Source: Eledone cirrhosa (Eukaryota). From it: a DNA stretch of 64,000 bases. A program made the position numbers and the translations under genes. The DNA is taken from NCBI GenBank assembly GCA_964016885.1, contig OZ024747.1, positions 41,974,001-42,038,000 of the forward strand, written 5' to 3'. The notes under the pieces were generated by a model, which was not told the origin of the DNA, made no database searches, and worked only from the letters and a program-made list of their open reading frames with translations. How positions within the stretch are numbered: position 1 is the stretch's first letter; every line of letters starts with the position of its first letter. Positions 1-11,944 of the stretch are shown one piece after another.

Positions 1-2711
1 AATAAATGGACAGCCAAAGATGTTCTGTTGGTACAAGATCTACTTACAGAAGCCATCTTAATTGAGATGTTATAAGTAAGAAGCTTCTGCAAAGTTTATG
101 GCAAAGGACCAGAAGACTCGGCTATAATTTGATTTCACAAGTGAGCTTCAAGCTATTTGATGTATGAAGATATCCTTTGCTCCCCCGATAGTTGTCGTGC
201 AGGTGTTGCTGTCATAAATAAACAACTTCTAGCTGATGGTAGTGGGTAAAATTATCTAGGTATTGTAGGCAGTACACTTTGCCTAAGGTGGTCCATTTAG
301 GAGAGTTGTTAGAGCATTGGATATGTGTTCCTTGTCTCTGCATTCTAAGTTCAAATCCTGCCAAAGTCCACTTTACCTTTCATCCTTTTGAGGTTGATAA
401 TGAAAGTACCAGTCCAGTGCAGATGTAGCTTTCTCTCACCTTCCAGCTTGTCGCATCTTGGTTGTTCTGCTGGATCAAGCGAGCAAGAGCCAATAGTTGT
501 AGTACCATTTGCCTACACTGTTATAGAGCAGCTCTGAGTGAATCATTCATTGGTAGTACATAAAAACACATGAGATAAGTGTTATTCCATTTAAAATAAG
601 TATTATTAACACAAACCATCAGTAGTTTCAGTTTAGTTTTCTTTGGCTACTATCATCATTTTATGTGTTTTCCTTACTACGATGGGTTCGATTGGCTATC
701 ATAATCGGAGTCAGTTCTTATTTGAAGTTACTGCCTTCCTAGACAAGTTGAAGGACCTCACCTCTCTTCTATATTTCATTTTTGGCTGGATGTCTTTCCT
801 AAAAACTAACACGAGATGGGTGTGTGATATTATCTTAAATTTCTGAATTAGCTTAAGATGCAACAAATAATTCAGATATTCCATTGTTGTAGCAAAAAGC
901 ACCCAGTACACACTGTAAATGGGATTGGTGTTAGGAAGGGCATCCAGCCATAGAAACCAAGCCAAAATCAGATGTGTGCATTCAGTTTAGAATAGGTACA
1001 CCATATCCCTGCATGTTGTAAGAAGCAGTTAAAACGGTTTGTAGCAGGGAGAGCATCTGGCTGTAAAACAATACTCCCAAAAGTCACATCCAACCCATGT
1101 CAACATGGAAAAGTTGATGAAAAAATGATGATAAACACTTCAAAATACATAGCTTTGTATCATAGAAGCAGGTACATTTTCAAGCAGTTTGGTATCAAAA
1201 GTGTTAAGCTCTAAAATTGGGAAACAAGAGAAAATATTCAGTGCTAAAAAATGCATCTCACTTAATCCACTGATTTGATGGTGCAACAATAGAAATAGCA
1301 GAATGAACCATGGAATCATCATCATCATCATCATACGTCCATTTTCTACCCCATGCTAGCATGGGTTAGATGAGCTGTTCCATTGTGTGACAAGCCAGAT
1401 TGGATGACTGTGTCTTGCTCATGCAGAACATAACTTTATGTAAGAACCTTTGTTATATTCCAAACAGCAGCTTAATAATGAAAATGTTGATTATTTTAGA
1501 TATTATTTGAATATCATAAATAATGTCTTTCATTAGAAATATAGTGATGAAAGGGTTTAGGTGTTTGTATTTATCTAAAAAATCTTCTATCCTAGTCAAT
1601 TATATTATTGGTGGATTGGTAGAGTGCCAGACACTATACTTTGCGACACAGAGTTATGGCTCTTTGCATTCTGAGTTCAAATCCTGCTGAAGTTAGCTTT
1701 GCCTTTCATCCTTAGGGGGTCGATAAAATAAAGCACCAGTAATGCACTGGGGTCAATTTGATCGGCTTTCCCTGTCACCCACAAAATTGCTGGCCTTGTG
1801 CCTTTAGTAGAAATCATTATTAAATCCTTTCAAATTCTTGATCAAAGTTATTTGAAAATCGTAGACTGTTTTTCAATAAGAAATATGGCAATGAAATGGT
1901 TAATGTTGTATCTTGTTAGAAATCTTATTATAGTCAATGAGTTAATAGAAAAATCTTAGCTGTTGATGCCACTACTGTGTAATAGATACTGTACTTATCT
2001 CTGTGAAATAGGAGTTAACACTTTCACAGAATACACCTACTGACAGTGCAATATAACAGTTACAATATATAAATATTCTGTTTACCTTGTTGTCTGTAAA
2101 CTAATCTTTTCACAGTCTACAGCTGCTGGCAACTTTCTATTTTATGGTTACTAATACACATATAACTATGTTAACTTGTAAATGCTCTTTCCTCTTGTCA
2201 GTACATTAGCTTTTGCCAAATGTCACCTGTTAGCATTGAGCCAAAGTAGGAGCCTCTACATGGAAGCTCAACCTTCTAGAAATAGCTGTTAAAAACCCCT
2301 CAATTCATACCATATTGTCTTAAATAAAGGAAGGTCACATTGAGTGATCTAGTGCAAGATTTTCTGTTTGAGAGAGAAAAAATGGAATAGTCACAGCAGG
2401 TGTGCCTCTGATCATAGGTCTGTTTGTTGAGGGTGACCTGTGGCTAAACTAGGATGACAACAACTTGAACAACATCTACTATATAATTGTTATTACCTTT
2501 GGCCGGCAATTACCCCAGTGCATTACTGGTACTTTATTTTATCAACCCCGTAAGGATGAAAAGCAAAGTTAACCTCGGTGGGATTTGAACACACCCGTAA
2601 AGGGACGTAACTCTATGCTGGAAAGCGACCCTCTACCGATACTGGCAATCTACTGCAGTGATGTAGGAGAGATATTGGACATATGAGAAATCGTATATAC
2701 ACCCTGGATAC

Positions 2712-3000
2712 AAAAAGTACCCAGCCCACCCTGTTAAGTGGTAGTGCTGATGTCACAACCAACAGTACCCAGGCCACCCTGTTAGGTAGTAGTGCTGATG
2801 CTACAATAAAAAGCACCCAGTCAACCCTATTAGGTGGTAGTACTGATGCCACAATAAAAAGCACCCTGTTAGGTGGTAGTGCTGATGCCACAATAAAAAG
2901 CACCCAGTCCACCCTGTAAGGGGGTAGTGCTGGTGCTACAACAAAATGTACCCAGTCCACCCTGTAAGGGGGTAGTGCTGGTGCTACGACAAAATGTCAC
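2712..3000 (+). repeat. ~48-bp minisatellite (about 6 units) related to the RTE/SINE 3' tail repeat
   Basis: Repeated AAAAGCACCCAGTCCACCCTGTTAGGTGGTAGTGCTGATGCCACAAT; 16-aa periodic ORF. Confidence 0.85.
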
Positions 3001-3094
3001 AACAAAAATGAATGGTTAAGAGGTCAGATTCAATTTTACTGTGCTGTATCTTGGGCAAATCTAATTTACGATAACCATAGGTTGACTTGTGCCT

Positions 3095-3336
3095 TGTAAG
3101 TGATATTGGTTGGACTCTCTCGGCCTCCACCCGCTTTCCTGTCGCCACAGTGCCGCCCCCCTCCCACGCCGTGCTGCCCTCAACGAGGTCATAAAGCATG
3201 GCTTGGACGCTGCGGGCTTCCCTTCCCAGCTCGAGCTGGTGGTTCTGGACTGATGGGATGGCAAAAGGCCAGATGGCATGACCGTCTTCCCGTTCCATGG
3301 TGGCAAACCCCTTGTCTGGGATGACACTCGAGTAAC
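3095..3336 (+). mobile_element. CRE-clade non-LTR retrotransposon relic, restriction-like endonuclease domain
   Basis: Frame from 3113 reads DSLGLHPLSCRHSA...LNEVIKHGLDAAGFPSQLE...D*WDGKRPDGMTVFPFHGGKPLVWD; GC-rich island. Confidence 0.8.
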
Positions 3337-4547
3337 ATTCCATATTTAAGTATGTGCACTATCATATACTATTATCAGTGAATAGATTAACAGAATTAGT
3401 CTTTTTAATACTTGCCAAGGTAGCATAGTTGGTTAGTGTGAAAGTACACACTGTGGCATGTTTCTCAAGTGTTTTGATACCAAACTGCCTGAAACTGCCC
3501 CTGGTTCTACAAGAGTAAGCTGTTTATTTTAAAATGTTTTATATTTATCTAAAAACCTTTGGCAGTATCGGTAGAGGGTCGGACGCCATGCTTTCACGCA
3601 TAGAGTTACGGTCCTTGCCATTCTGAGTTCAAATCCTGCTGAGGTTAACTTTGCCTTTCATCCTTACAGGGTCGATAAAATAAAGTACCAGTAATGCACT
3701 GGGTAATTGCTGGCCTTGTGCCAAAAGTAGAAACAATTATATAATTCTATGTAAGAACCTTTAAGTTATGCTCCAAACACTAACTTAATAATGAGAAAAT
3801 TGTTGATTATTTTCAAAATTTTTTTTAAATCATAGGCAGTGTTTTTTGATAGAAATATGGTAATAAAAGGGTTAAGAATGGGATAGATTATTGTTGATTA
3901 AAACTATTTTCCATGCTCATATGAGAGGATTGAGAAGATACTGAACTGCAAATTTGTCCTACCTCTACCTAACAGGTATGTCCATTGTTGTTCTTATTTA
4001 GACCCAGGTCAGCAAATGTATGACAAAAATCTTTCCAACCATGGACAATCCATTTTTTAGAGGTGTCTAGATGTACATTATCTAATGTGTACTTTCTGTT
4101 TTGAAGATGGTAAATAGAGGAAGAAGGATTGAATTTTATTTCAATTAAATATATAATGTTTGGAATATAAAAAAAAAAATAAATGTAAGTCAAGGGAAGT
4201 TAGAGATGATGGGGCAGATTCTATACCCCCGTTTAGGTGATATATTTCAGCTGTGCTTTGCAGAGAAGAGCCAGTTACACCTGCTGCATCAGTCACTCCA
4301 ACTCATGGGGCATCTTCCTCAGGTGGGTTGCAGTGGAAAGTGGCAGTTCAGGGATCGAGAAAGACATCAGATGTCTCGACTGTAACTTACATGAAAAAGG
4401 AGGCAGTCAGTCAAGTCCCAGCATTAAATAGTGTGTGAGTTGATGGGAATTTGGCTCCCGTTTCTAATAGGTCAAACAAATGCATAGAAGCTCCTTGATG
4501 TTAATATAATGATGAATTATAACTAATTAAAATGTTTATCTTTACAG

Positions 4548-4627
4548 AAAGAACATTTGGGACAGTTGCGAAGACATTTTTTTAATATCATAATAGATTT
4601 ATCAAATCCTGATGATTTCGGTTATCG
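4548..4627 (+). CDS. TSC2: TSC2 exon (KEHLGQLRRHFFNII...), phase 0-2
   Basis: tttacag acceptor, gtgagt donor; resembles human GERLGVLRALFFKVI. Confidence 0.85.
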
Positions 4628-5293
4628 GTGAGTATTTGTATATTATTATTGCCTTTCATCATTCCAGGGTCAATAAAAAAGTACAGTCAAGTACTAAAGT
4701 AAAAGTAAAAATCCCCTTTGGTCATAAATGACCATGGGCTTTGCGTCTAAAAAGTTCCCTTCTCGAGGCACAAGATCTGGGCATGATTGTTTGTGGAAAA
4801 CCAGCAGTTGCCCATTCATACCGGTCTTCCTTCTCCACACCATCAATGTTGTTCAAGGGAAACATAATGGCTGAGTAAACTGGAGTAATGTGAAATAAAG
4901 TGTCTTGCTCAAAGACACAACGCATCACCTAATCTGAGAATCAAATTCACAACCTCATGATTGTAAGCCCAATGCTCAAACCACTAAGCCATGCACCTTC
5001 ACAGTCAAATACCAAGGTTGATTTAATCAACATTCCCCTCCTCCAAAATTTCTGGCCTTGTGCCGAAAGTAGAAAACATATAATCTTTTTTTTAATTTTC
5101 TTTACACCTTAAAAGCAGCAATTTCCATTATTGTGCCATTATTTATATAGCCCTGCTTCAGTACTGACTTGGTCTATGTAGATCCATCCAACCCTTTCTA
5201 GCTGGGAAAGCAGACGTTAAATGATGATAATGATGATGATGGTGAAATTTATGAAGCTTAATGTTTTGTTTTTTTCCTCATTAAATTTTTCAG

Positions 5294-5358
5294 ATTAGAA
5301 TTATTTTCCACACTTACATCAAATGGCAAGAATTTGACCTATTTTGAAGCAGAAACTG
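5294..5358 (+). CDS. TSC2: TSC2 exon (LELFSTLTSNGKNLTYFEAET), phase 2-1
   Basis: tttcag/gtaag; resembles human LEVFKALTDNGRHITYLEE. Confidence 0.9.
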
Positions 5359-6409
5359 GTAAGCTAAACTACTGAATTACTGTCTATTTCATATATTTAT
5401 ATTAACACTTGTGTATCTGCCTTACCATCTGGAATGTGCAACAAAGCCACTATTAACCCATTGCAAACCTGTAACTAACAATGCTATTCACAAAATTATT
5501 GATTTAATAAAACACAACAATCTTGAGTCTTGTAGCCATCTAAAATCTGTCTGCCTTAAGTCAGAAGGCTCATTAGGCCAATGCTTATCTCGGTTTCATG
5601 GCGTGAAGCGACTGAGAGTACAAGACAGGATGCCAGTCTATCACGGGTAAACCCCAGCTATTGCTGGTACTCATTTTCAACTGAGTATACTGGAGCAATG
5701 TGAAATGAAGTGTTTTACTCAAGAACACAACACGCAACCCAAGCCCAGGAATCAAACCCATGGCATTATGATCATAAGTCCAACAGCCTTACCACTAAGC
5801 CACGTGTCCCTGCAAGGCATCTTGTTATATAAATTTAATGAAGTTCAAGGATTACTGTTGAAATGGCTGAGGAGATAAAGTATCATTTAAGAATATCATA
5901 AGCCATCAGTTGAAATAATGTATTGTTTCTCTGGATTGGAAATGTAATCCTAGAGTTTTTTCAATTTACTTAGTTGAATAAAAATATTGGGCCTTTTTGA
6001 AGAACACTACCTTTAATAGGAATATTTGTCCCTATTGTTCACTGTCCCCATTAGCCTCTAAGGTTTTCAAATAAACTCTTGATACCAAATTGCCTGAAAC
6101 TGTCCCTAGATTAATAATACAATGTTGTCATTTTAAAGTATTTATATTTATCTAAAAATTTTCCATCATTTTATGTAAGACCATTTGTTAAGTAATGTGT
6201 TAAACACCAGCTTAATAATAAAAAAGTTATGTTACTAAATCCCTTCAAACTTTTGATGATTTTTTTCAAAATTATTTTAAAATGATAGGCAATATCTTTC
6301 GTTCGAAATATGGTAATGAAAGGCTTAAAGTATTTATGTTTATCTAAAATCCTTCCATTATAATTTTATCTAAGAAGATTTTTTAAAGCTCTTGCTCCAA
6401 ACACCAATT

Positions 6410-7693
6410 TAACTTTTCGACTGGCTGAAATCCTTCATTCTCAGCCGAAAGGAAGTAGTCACGGTTCTAGGACAGCATTCTTCACCATATGAGATGTCAT
6501 CTGGTGTACCACAGGGATCTGTTCTTGGTCCTCTTTTGTTTGTGGCATATATTAATGACATAGATGCCAACTTACAGAATGCCACGGTACTAAAATATGC
6601 AGATGACATCAAGCTGTACCTTGAAATCAAAAGGACTGATCCTGAAATTTACAACTCTTTCCTACAATTAGACCTGGACACAATGCAGCAATGGATCACA
6701 GACTGGCAACTGAAGTTGGCTGTGGACAAGTGTACCACCATGCATTTTGGAAGGAAAAATCCAGCGTCCACATACTCCCTCCACAACACTGACATCAAAA
6801 AGTCCTCTTGTGAACGTGACCTGGGCATTACTGTCAGCAACGATTTGCGTTGGACAAAGCATGTCTCTAAGATTGTCAAGAAGGCCGAGGGTGTCTTGGC
6901 ATCACTCAGCAAGACCTTTGTTAGCCGCTCTCCAGCCATCTATTTAAAACTGTATACAGCTATGGTGCGACCACACTTGGAATTCGCATCATCAGTCTGG
7001 AACCCCTATCTTGCTCGGAACATTGACCTCCTGGAAACTGTTCAGAGACGTGCAACCAAGCGCATACCCTCCATCAGACACCTACCATACTCTGAACGCC
7101 TTGCTTCCCTGGGCATGGATTCATTGAAGCTCCGACGTCTGGCAATGGACTTGGTGAATACCCACAAAGTTTTTAACCATCTCGCCAACTGCAACCCTGA
7201 GCGCCTCTTTGATCTCCATGTGTCTAACACACGTGGACATGCCTACAAGATAAGAAAACAGCACAGCTCCCATGACTTTCGCAGACATTTTTTCACGCTC
7301 AGAGTTGCTGAAGCATGGAACAAACTACCTGCGTCAATTGTTAGCTGCCGAGACACTGCATCCTTTAAGACACTCATGCTTCCCGAAATACGCCAAAACT
7401 ACACCTGATGTGCCCCTTCCATACACATGCACACATGTGTGCACTGTTCATTTTACTGATGTTTGTGCATTGCCCTATGTACTGTACATGCACTTTTTTG
7501 ATGGGTTGTGGTGCACCTGGGCACTGTGCACAATATTTCATTATTGTTATTGTTATTATATCATGACTCATACACTGTTTATTTTCCTGACATTTGTACA
7601 TTATTCTATGTACTATACATGCACCTTTGATGAGTTGTAGTGCACCTGAGCACTGTACACAATAATTTCATTATTATTATTATTATTATTATT
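6410..7693 (+). mobile_element. CR1/L2-group LINE, 5'-truncated; RT C-terminal ORF 6494-7408, 3' UTR and (TTA)n tail
   Basis: SGVPQGSVLGP, YADD, ERDLG, VRPHLE...W.P, VQRRATK, TRGH, FF.LRV..WN.LP motifs. Confidence 0.93.
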
Positions 7694-7839
7694 TTAATGC
7701 AGGCGATAGGGGCTTACAAGGCTAACTCCTGCTTTAACAGGGAAAATGACCTGAAAATATTATTGCTGTTTTTCTTGACCTAAATAATTGTGTAACTATT
7801 TCATTTGAGTTTCTTTTATTATGTTTTTTTCCCTTGCAG

Positions 7840-7972
7840 CTCATTTGCTGGCAATATTGATTCAAGAAATTACCAAACTGAACTACATCTCAAAGTTTCT
7901 TACTTTGGTTGTTAATGCAATCCTTTTTAATGTTGGTTATTTTGATGAACAGTCTTTATCAACTATCATCCA
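7840..7972 (+). CDS. TSC2: TSC2 exon (HLLAILIQ...FLTLVVNAILFNVGYFDE), phase 1-2
   Basis: ttgcag/gtatgt; resembles human FLLVLVNLVKFNSCYLDE. Confidence 0.9.
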
Positions 7973-8198
7973 GTATGTATTCTTGCCTACTCACTGAATA
8001 TCTCAAACTAATTAATAGATTCTTTAATCATCATCATTAATATTGATGTTGTGTCCTATATATATATATCCATATGTTGTTGAAGGTTGGGAGAAAAGTA
8101 TTCAATACCAAAGTAGAGTTTAAATATTTTATTATGGCTAAATAGTGAGTCTTGTTACTCTGGAGTTTTGCCTGCTTATCACATCTTATCTGATGACT

Positions 8199-8275
<77 letters not shown>

Positions 8276-8323
8276 GACATACGTTTAAATATTCTAATCT
8301 TGTCTTTCTGTTTTTGTCCAAAG

Positions 8324-8372
8324 GTCAACGTGTATGTTGATTACCAAAGTTAAAGACTTAAATGATATTAAG
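8324..8372 (+). CDS. TSC2: TSC2 exon (STCMLITKVKDLNDIK), 49 bp, phase 2-0
   Basis: aag/gtaaga; needed to restore phase between the neighbouring exons. Confidence 0.8.
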
Positions 8373-8946
8373 GTAAGACACATTTCTTTTATAATTGTTC
8401 CCACAACTCCAGGAATAGTTGTTGGTGATGGTGCTTGTAACATAGATAATATTATTATTGGATGTATCTATATCACTTCAAGTAGCCAGTCAGGGAATTA
8501 TAATTCAGTATTGTAACTACTCATTAGTCCATAGTACCATGCACAGCATATACAGGTGAACTATGATCTTTATTTACAGCTATTTGAATTTGGTGAATTG
8601 GCAAAATCACTTGGGTGTCATATTAAAAAAGCCTCAGTATTTGTTCCAGCTCACAGCGTTCTGAGTTCAAATCCTGCTGAGGTCATCTTTGCATTTCTTG
8701 CTTTTGAAGTCAATAAATAAAGTATCAGTCCAGTATTGGTTATCAATCACTCTTTATCACTTGCTCTGAAAAACATTGATTGAGTTACGACCTGGAGAAG
8801 CATGTACTCTACCAGGTTTGAAATTCCCAAGACCCACTGTGCGTCAGGATAGCAATCCAATGACTCCATCAGGAATTAAGGGCCCTTCTTTACCTTATAG
8901 CTACCTACATAGATAGTTTTTCGTCATTTGATTCTCAGATCTTTAG

Positions 8947-9150
8947 CCCTTTAGCATTTAAATTGGCTGTATCCGGCCAGAACTCTCAGCTTTTTTTGTT
9001 TAAACCAGCTGTAACTGGCCATTGATACTGATGTTAAGGTACGGTTCTCTAAATAATATCAAAATCTCATAGATTTTATATTATGAGAGATAAAGCCTTT
9101 ACCATGAACATGTAGTAGTAATTATAGAGTAATGTAAATGCTAAAGCATT
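8947..9150 (+). mobile_element. piggyBac-type MITE (~205 bp family); other copies near 9872-10040, 13763-13972(-), 25922-26129(-), 27930-28122(-)
   Basis: CCCTTTAGCATT termini and shared internal sequence with 57445-57652. Confidence 0.8.
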
Positions 9151-9344
9151 AAAAACAGGTGTCTTGGATTACAGTAGGTGTACATCTGCAATGTGTGTTT
9201 AGATCTGAGCTGCTGGAGATTGTAACTATTCAGTAAGATGGACTCAGTGTACAAGTTGGGATTAATATTTAAAAATTCATGCTCTATAACATAGTTTAAC
9301 ACTTGGCAATTTATGTTGTAGTTATTTTAGTGATAAATGCTTAA

Positions 9345-9582
9345 CCCTTTTGATACCAAACTGCCTGAAACCATCCCTGGTTCTATGATACAAAACTGTT
9401 GGTTTAAAAGTGTTTCTATTTATCTAAAATCTTCCATCATAACTTCATGTGAGAATCTTTGTTGTGTTCCATGCACCAGCTTAATAATGAGAAAGTTAGT
9501 TATATTAATAAATACGTCAAAATTCTTGATTGTTTTCAAAATTATTTGAAATATCAAAGGCAGAAATATAGTAATCAAAGGG
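9345..9582 (+). mobile_element. Second TTAA/CCCTTT-ended MITE family (GATACCAAACTGCCTGAAAC head); copies near 3473-3875, 6075-6328, 12950-13160(-), 43560-43747(-)
   Basis: TTAA|CCCTTT...AAAGGG|TTA termini; dispersed homologous copies. Confidence 0.65.
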
Positions 9583-10081
9583 TTATACTATAATTAAGAA
9601 ATTTTTATCAATTAACCATTTCTTTTTATTGATTAAGCACCCTAGTGTTGCAATGAGATTGTGCTGGTACCACAATAAAAAAACACCCACTCCACCCCGT
9701 AACGTTGTGGTACTGATGCCATGATAAAATGCTCCAAGTAACTGTAAAGTCGTTGATGTTAGGAAGGGTATCCAGCCATAGAAACTATGTCCAAAACAAA
9801 ATGTATGAGTAATACATGGTCACCTGACCAGTTTAGCTTCAGAACATGACAACTTGTCAGATCCATGTTAACCCTTTAGCATTTTAACTGGTCGTATCCG
9901 ACTAGAATTCTCTCACCTTTTTCTGTTCAAACTGGCCACTCATAATAAATAATATCAAAATCTCATAGATTCAATATTATGTGAGATAAAGCCATTACCA
10001 CAACAATACAATAGTAAATATAATGTAAATGCTAAGGGGTATAAACACAGATAATGATAATGATGGTATTATATTTTGCAG

Positions 10082-10207
10082 CAATGTGTAGAACTTTTGG
10101 GTTTGGTTATTGATCTTCAATGTGTTCCAGCAAATTGTTTAACCTATATTGTCACAGTATTATGTCGCACACTTAACATCCGCAACAATGCAACCACGAG
10201 TTGGGAG
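10082..10207 (+). CDS. TSC2: TSC2 exon (QCVELLGLV...VLCRTLNIRNNATTSWE)
   Basis: ttgcag/gtaaat; matches the IVTLCRTIN motif. Confidence 0.93.
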
Positions 10208-10475
10208 GTAAATATCTTTTCTTATTTACTTTTTTGTTTGTTATTTTTTTTTAAATGTGTGTATTTTTATAATTGCTATATTTTATAATGAATTTGCTTT
10301 TTCCTATAGAAAAATTACAGTTTAACATTAGTAAACAAAATACTGTAATATTAGTAAACAAAACACACTAACATTAAGTAAAGAGACACTTGGTTCTGAT
10401 TACTGAAAACCTTACTCTGTCTTTGTCTTCAGTAGATGTAAAATCATTCAATAAATTTTTCTTTCCTTTCTGTAG

Positions 10476-10549
10476 GTGATGAGAAAGTTGCTAAATACAC
10501 ATCTTGGCCATCATGTAATACACATCATGTGTTGTCTACTGGAAGAAAA
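10476..10549 (+). CDS. TSC2: TSC2 exon (VMRKLLNTHLGHHVIHIMCCLLEE)
   Basis: tgtag/gttagt; matches MRNLLGTHLGH. Confidence 0.93.
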
Positions 10550-11206
10550 GTTAGTAGTTACTACTTTTTTACTCTTTCACTTGGTCCAACTTATGGGCTG
10601 TGGCCATACTGGTGCACCACCATGTTTACTACATCTTATAAAAACTGTTTTGGTTTCTTTTCTTTTTTTTAATGGGGGGTGGCTGCTGCTATTGTGGATG
10701 GAATGTTGGGCTTTTTGACTCTTTATCAAAGAGCCTGTCATTGTGCTGTGTTCACTTAATCCAGTCTAAACTATTACCATAAGGTGGTGTAGTTTACAGG
10801 TGAAACATTGTAAAAGATAGAACTGTTTCTGTCACTATATTCTGTCTATAACCAAAACACTTAATACTGGAATGAGTCCGTCTAAAAGGCTGTAAATAGG
10901 TATTATAGTGAGGTACAATTTTCAACTGGAAGCAGTGGGAGCATTGTAAAAGAAAGAAGTGTTTTTGTTATTACATTCTCTTCATAACCAAAACTGTACT
11001 GTATATTTTCTTTATAGTTTAGTGGGACAGGGGGTACTTTCTATGACCTTCATTCACCTTCCCAGTGAACCAGTATAACATCAGTCAGATAACTTAGATA
11101 AGTAAAATAAAAGTTTTTTTTTTCAAATTGCATGATTAAGGGGGAGGGGGGATCAATATTTAAATATAAAAAAAATAATCTAAAATGTGTCTTCTTTTTT
11201 TATCAG

Positions 11207-11333
11207 AAACCACAGTATTGATGAGCAAGTGCTTCGAGCAGCTGTCTATTACTTAGGTATGGCTCTCTGGGGCTCTAAAAAGGTAACAAGTCTTAGCCAG
11301 CCACCATCATCAGTATTACCTTCTTTCAGACAG
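11207..11333 (+). CDS. TSC2: TSC2 exon (VLRAAVYYLGMALWGS...VLPSFRQ)
   Basis: atcag/gtactg; GMALWG motif. Confidence 0.95.
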
Positions 11334-11800
11334 GTACTGATTTCTTCTTTTACTAACTTTTCTCTTTTCTTTTGTGTGTGTGTGTGTGTGTTTGTTGATG
11401 TATCATATGGCTTAAAAGGTTAATTTCACATTCATTCTGGGTTTGATCCCACTGTGTACCTTCTTTCAGATAAGTACTGCTTTCTTCTTTTAGTAGCTCT
11501 TCTCTTTTTTCTTGTGTGTGAGTGCATGTGTGTGTCTGTGTGTGGGTGCATGTGTGTGTGAGTGGATGCATGTGTGCATACATATGCACATATATTCACA
11601 ATCATTAGGCCTTGGCTTTAATCCCACTGCATGTCAGCTTGGACAAGTGTCATTTATGATAGCCTCAGGTTGTCCAATGCCTTGTGTGTGTGTGTGTGTG
11701 TATTTGTATGGTACTTTATATAGAATCTATTGAATTCCAAGTTTAGCTGAGTCAGCTAATATAATTGTTATTTATGTTTTTTTATTTTCCTATTTTAAAG

Positions 11801-11944
11801 GTGTTAGATTGTGGAAGCCAGCTCGTAGCATTTGAAGTGACTCTTAGTGTTGGCCATTTGGTGAAGCGATATGGTAAAATACTCACCTATGCCGGATGGG
11901 ATATAGTTTTGGACATTTTAAGTACATTGTTGAAAAACCCAGAA
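11801..11944 (+). CDS. TSC2: TSC2 exon (VLDCGSQLVAFEVTLSV...WDIVLDIL)
   Basis: taaag/gtaaga; tuberin N-terminal helical region. Confidence 0.94.

Noticed and set aside
1-80. Possible upstream TSC2 exon (LVQDLL...gtaag)
   Set aside because: In-frame TAA before the donor and no convincing tuberin similarity.
2984-3343. Minus-strand ORFs of 119 and 88 aa
   Set aside because: Antisense shadows of the plus-strand CRE endonuclease relic.
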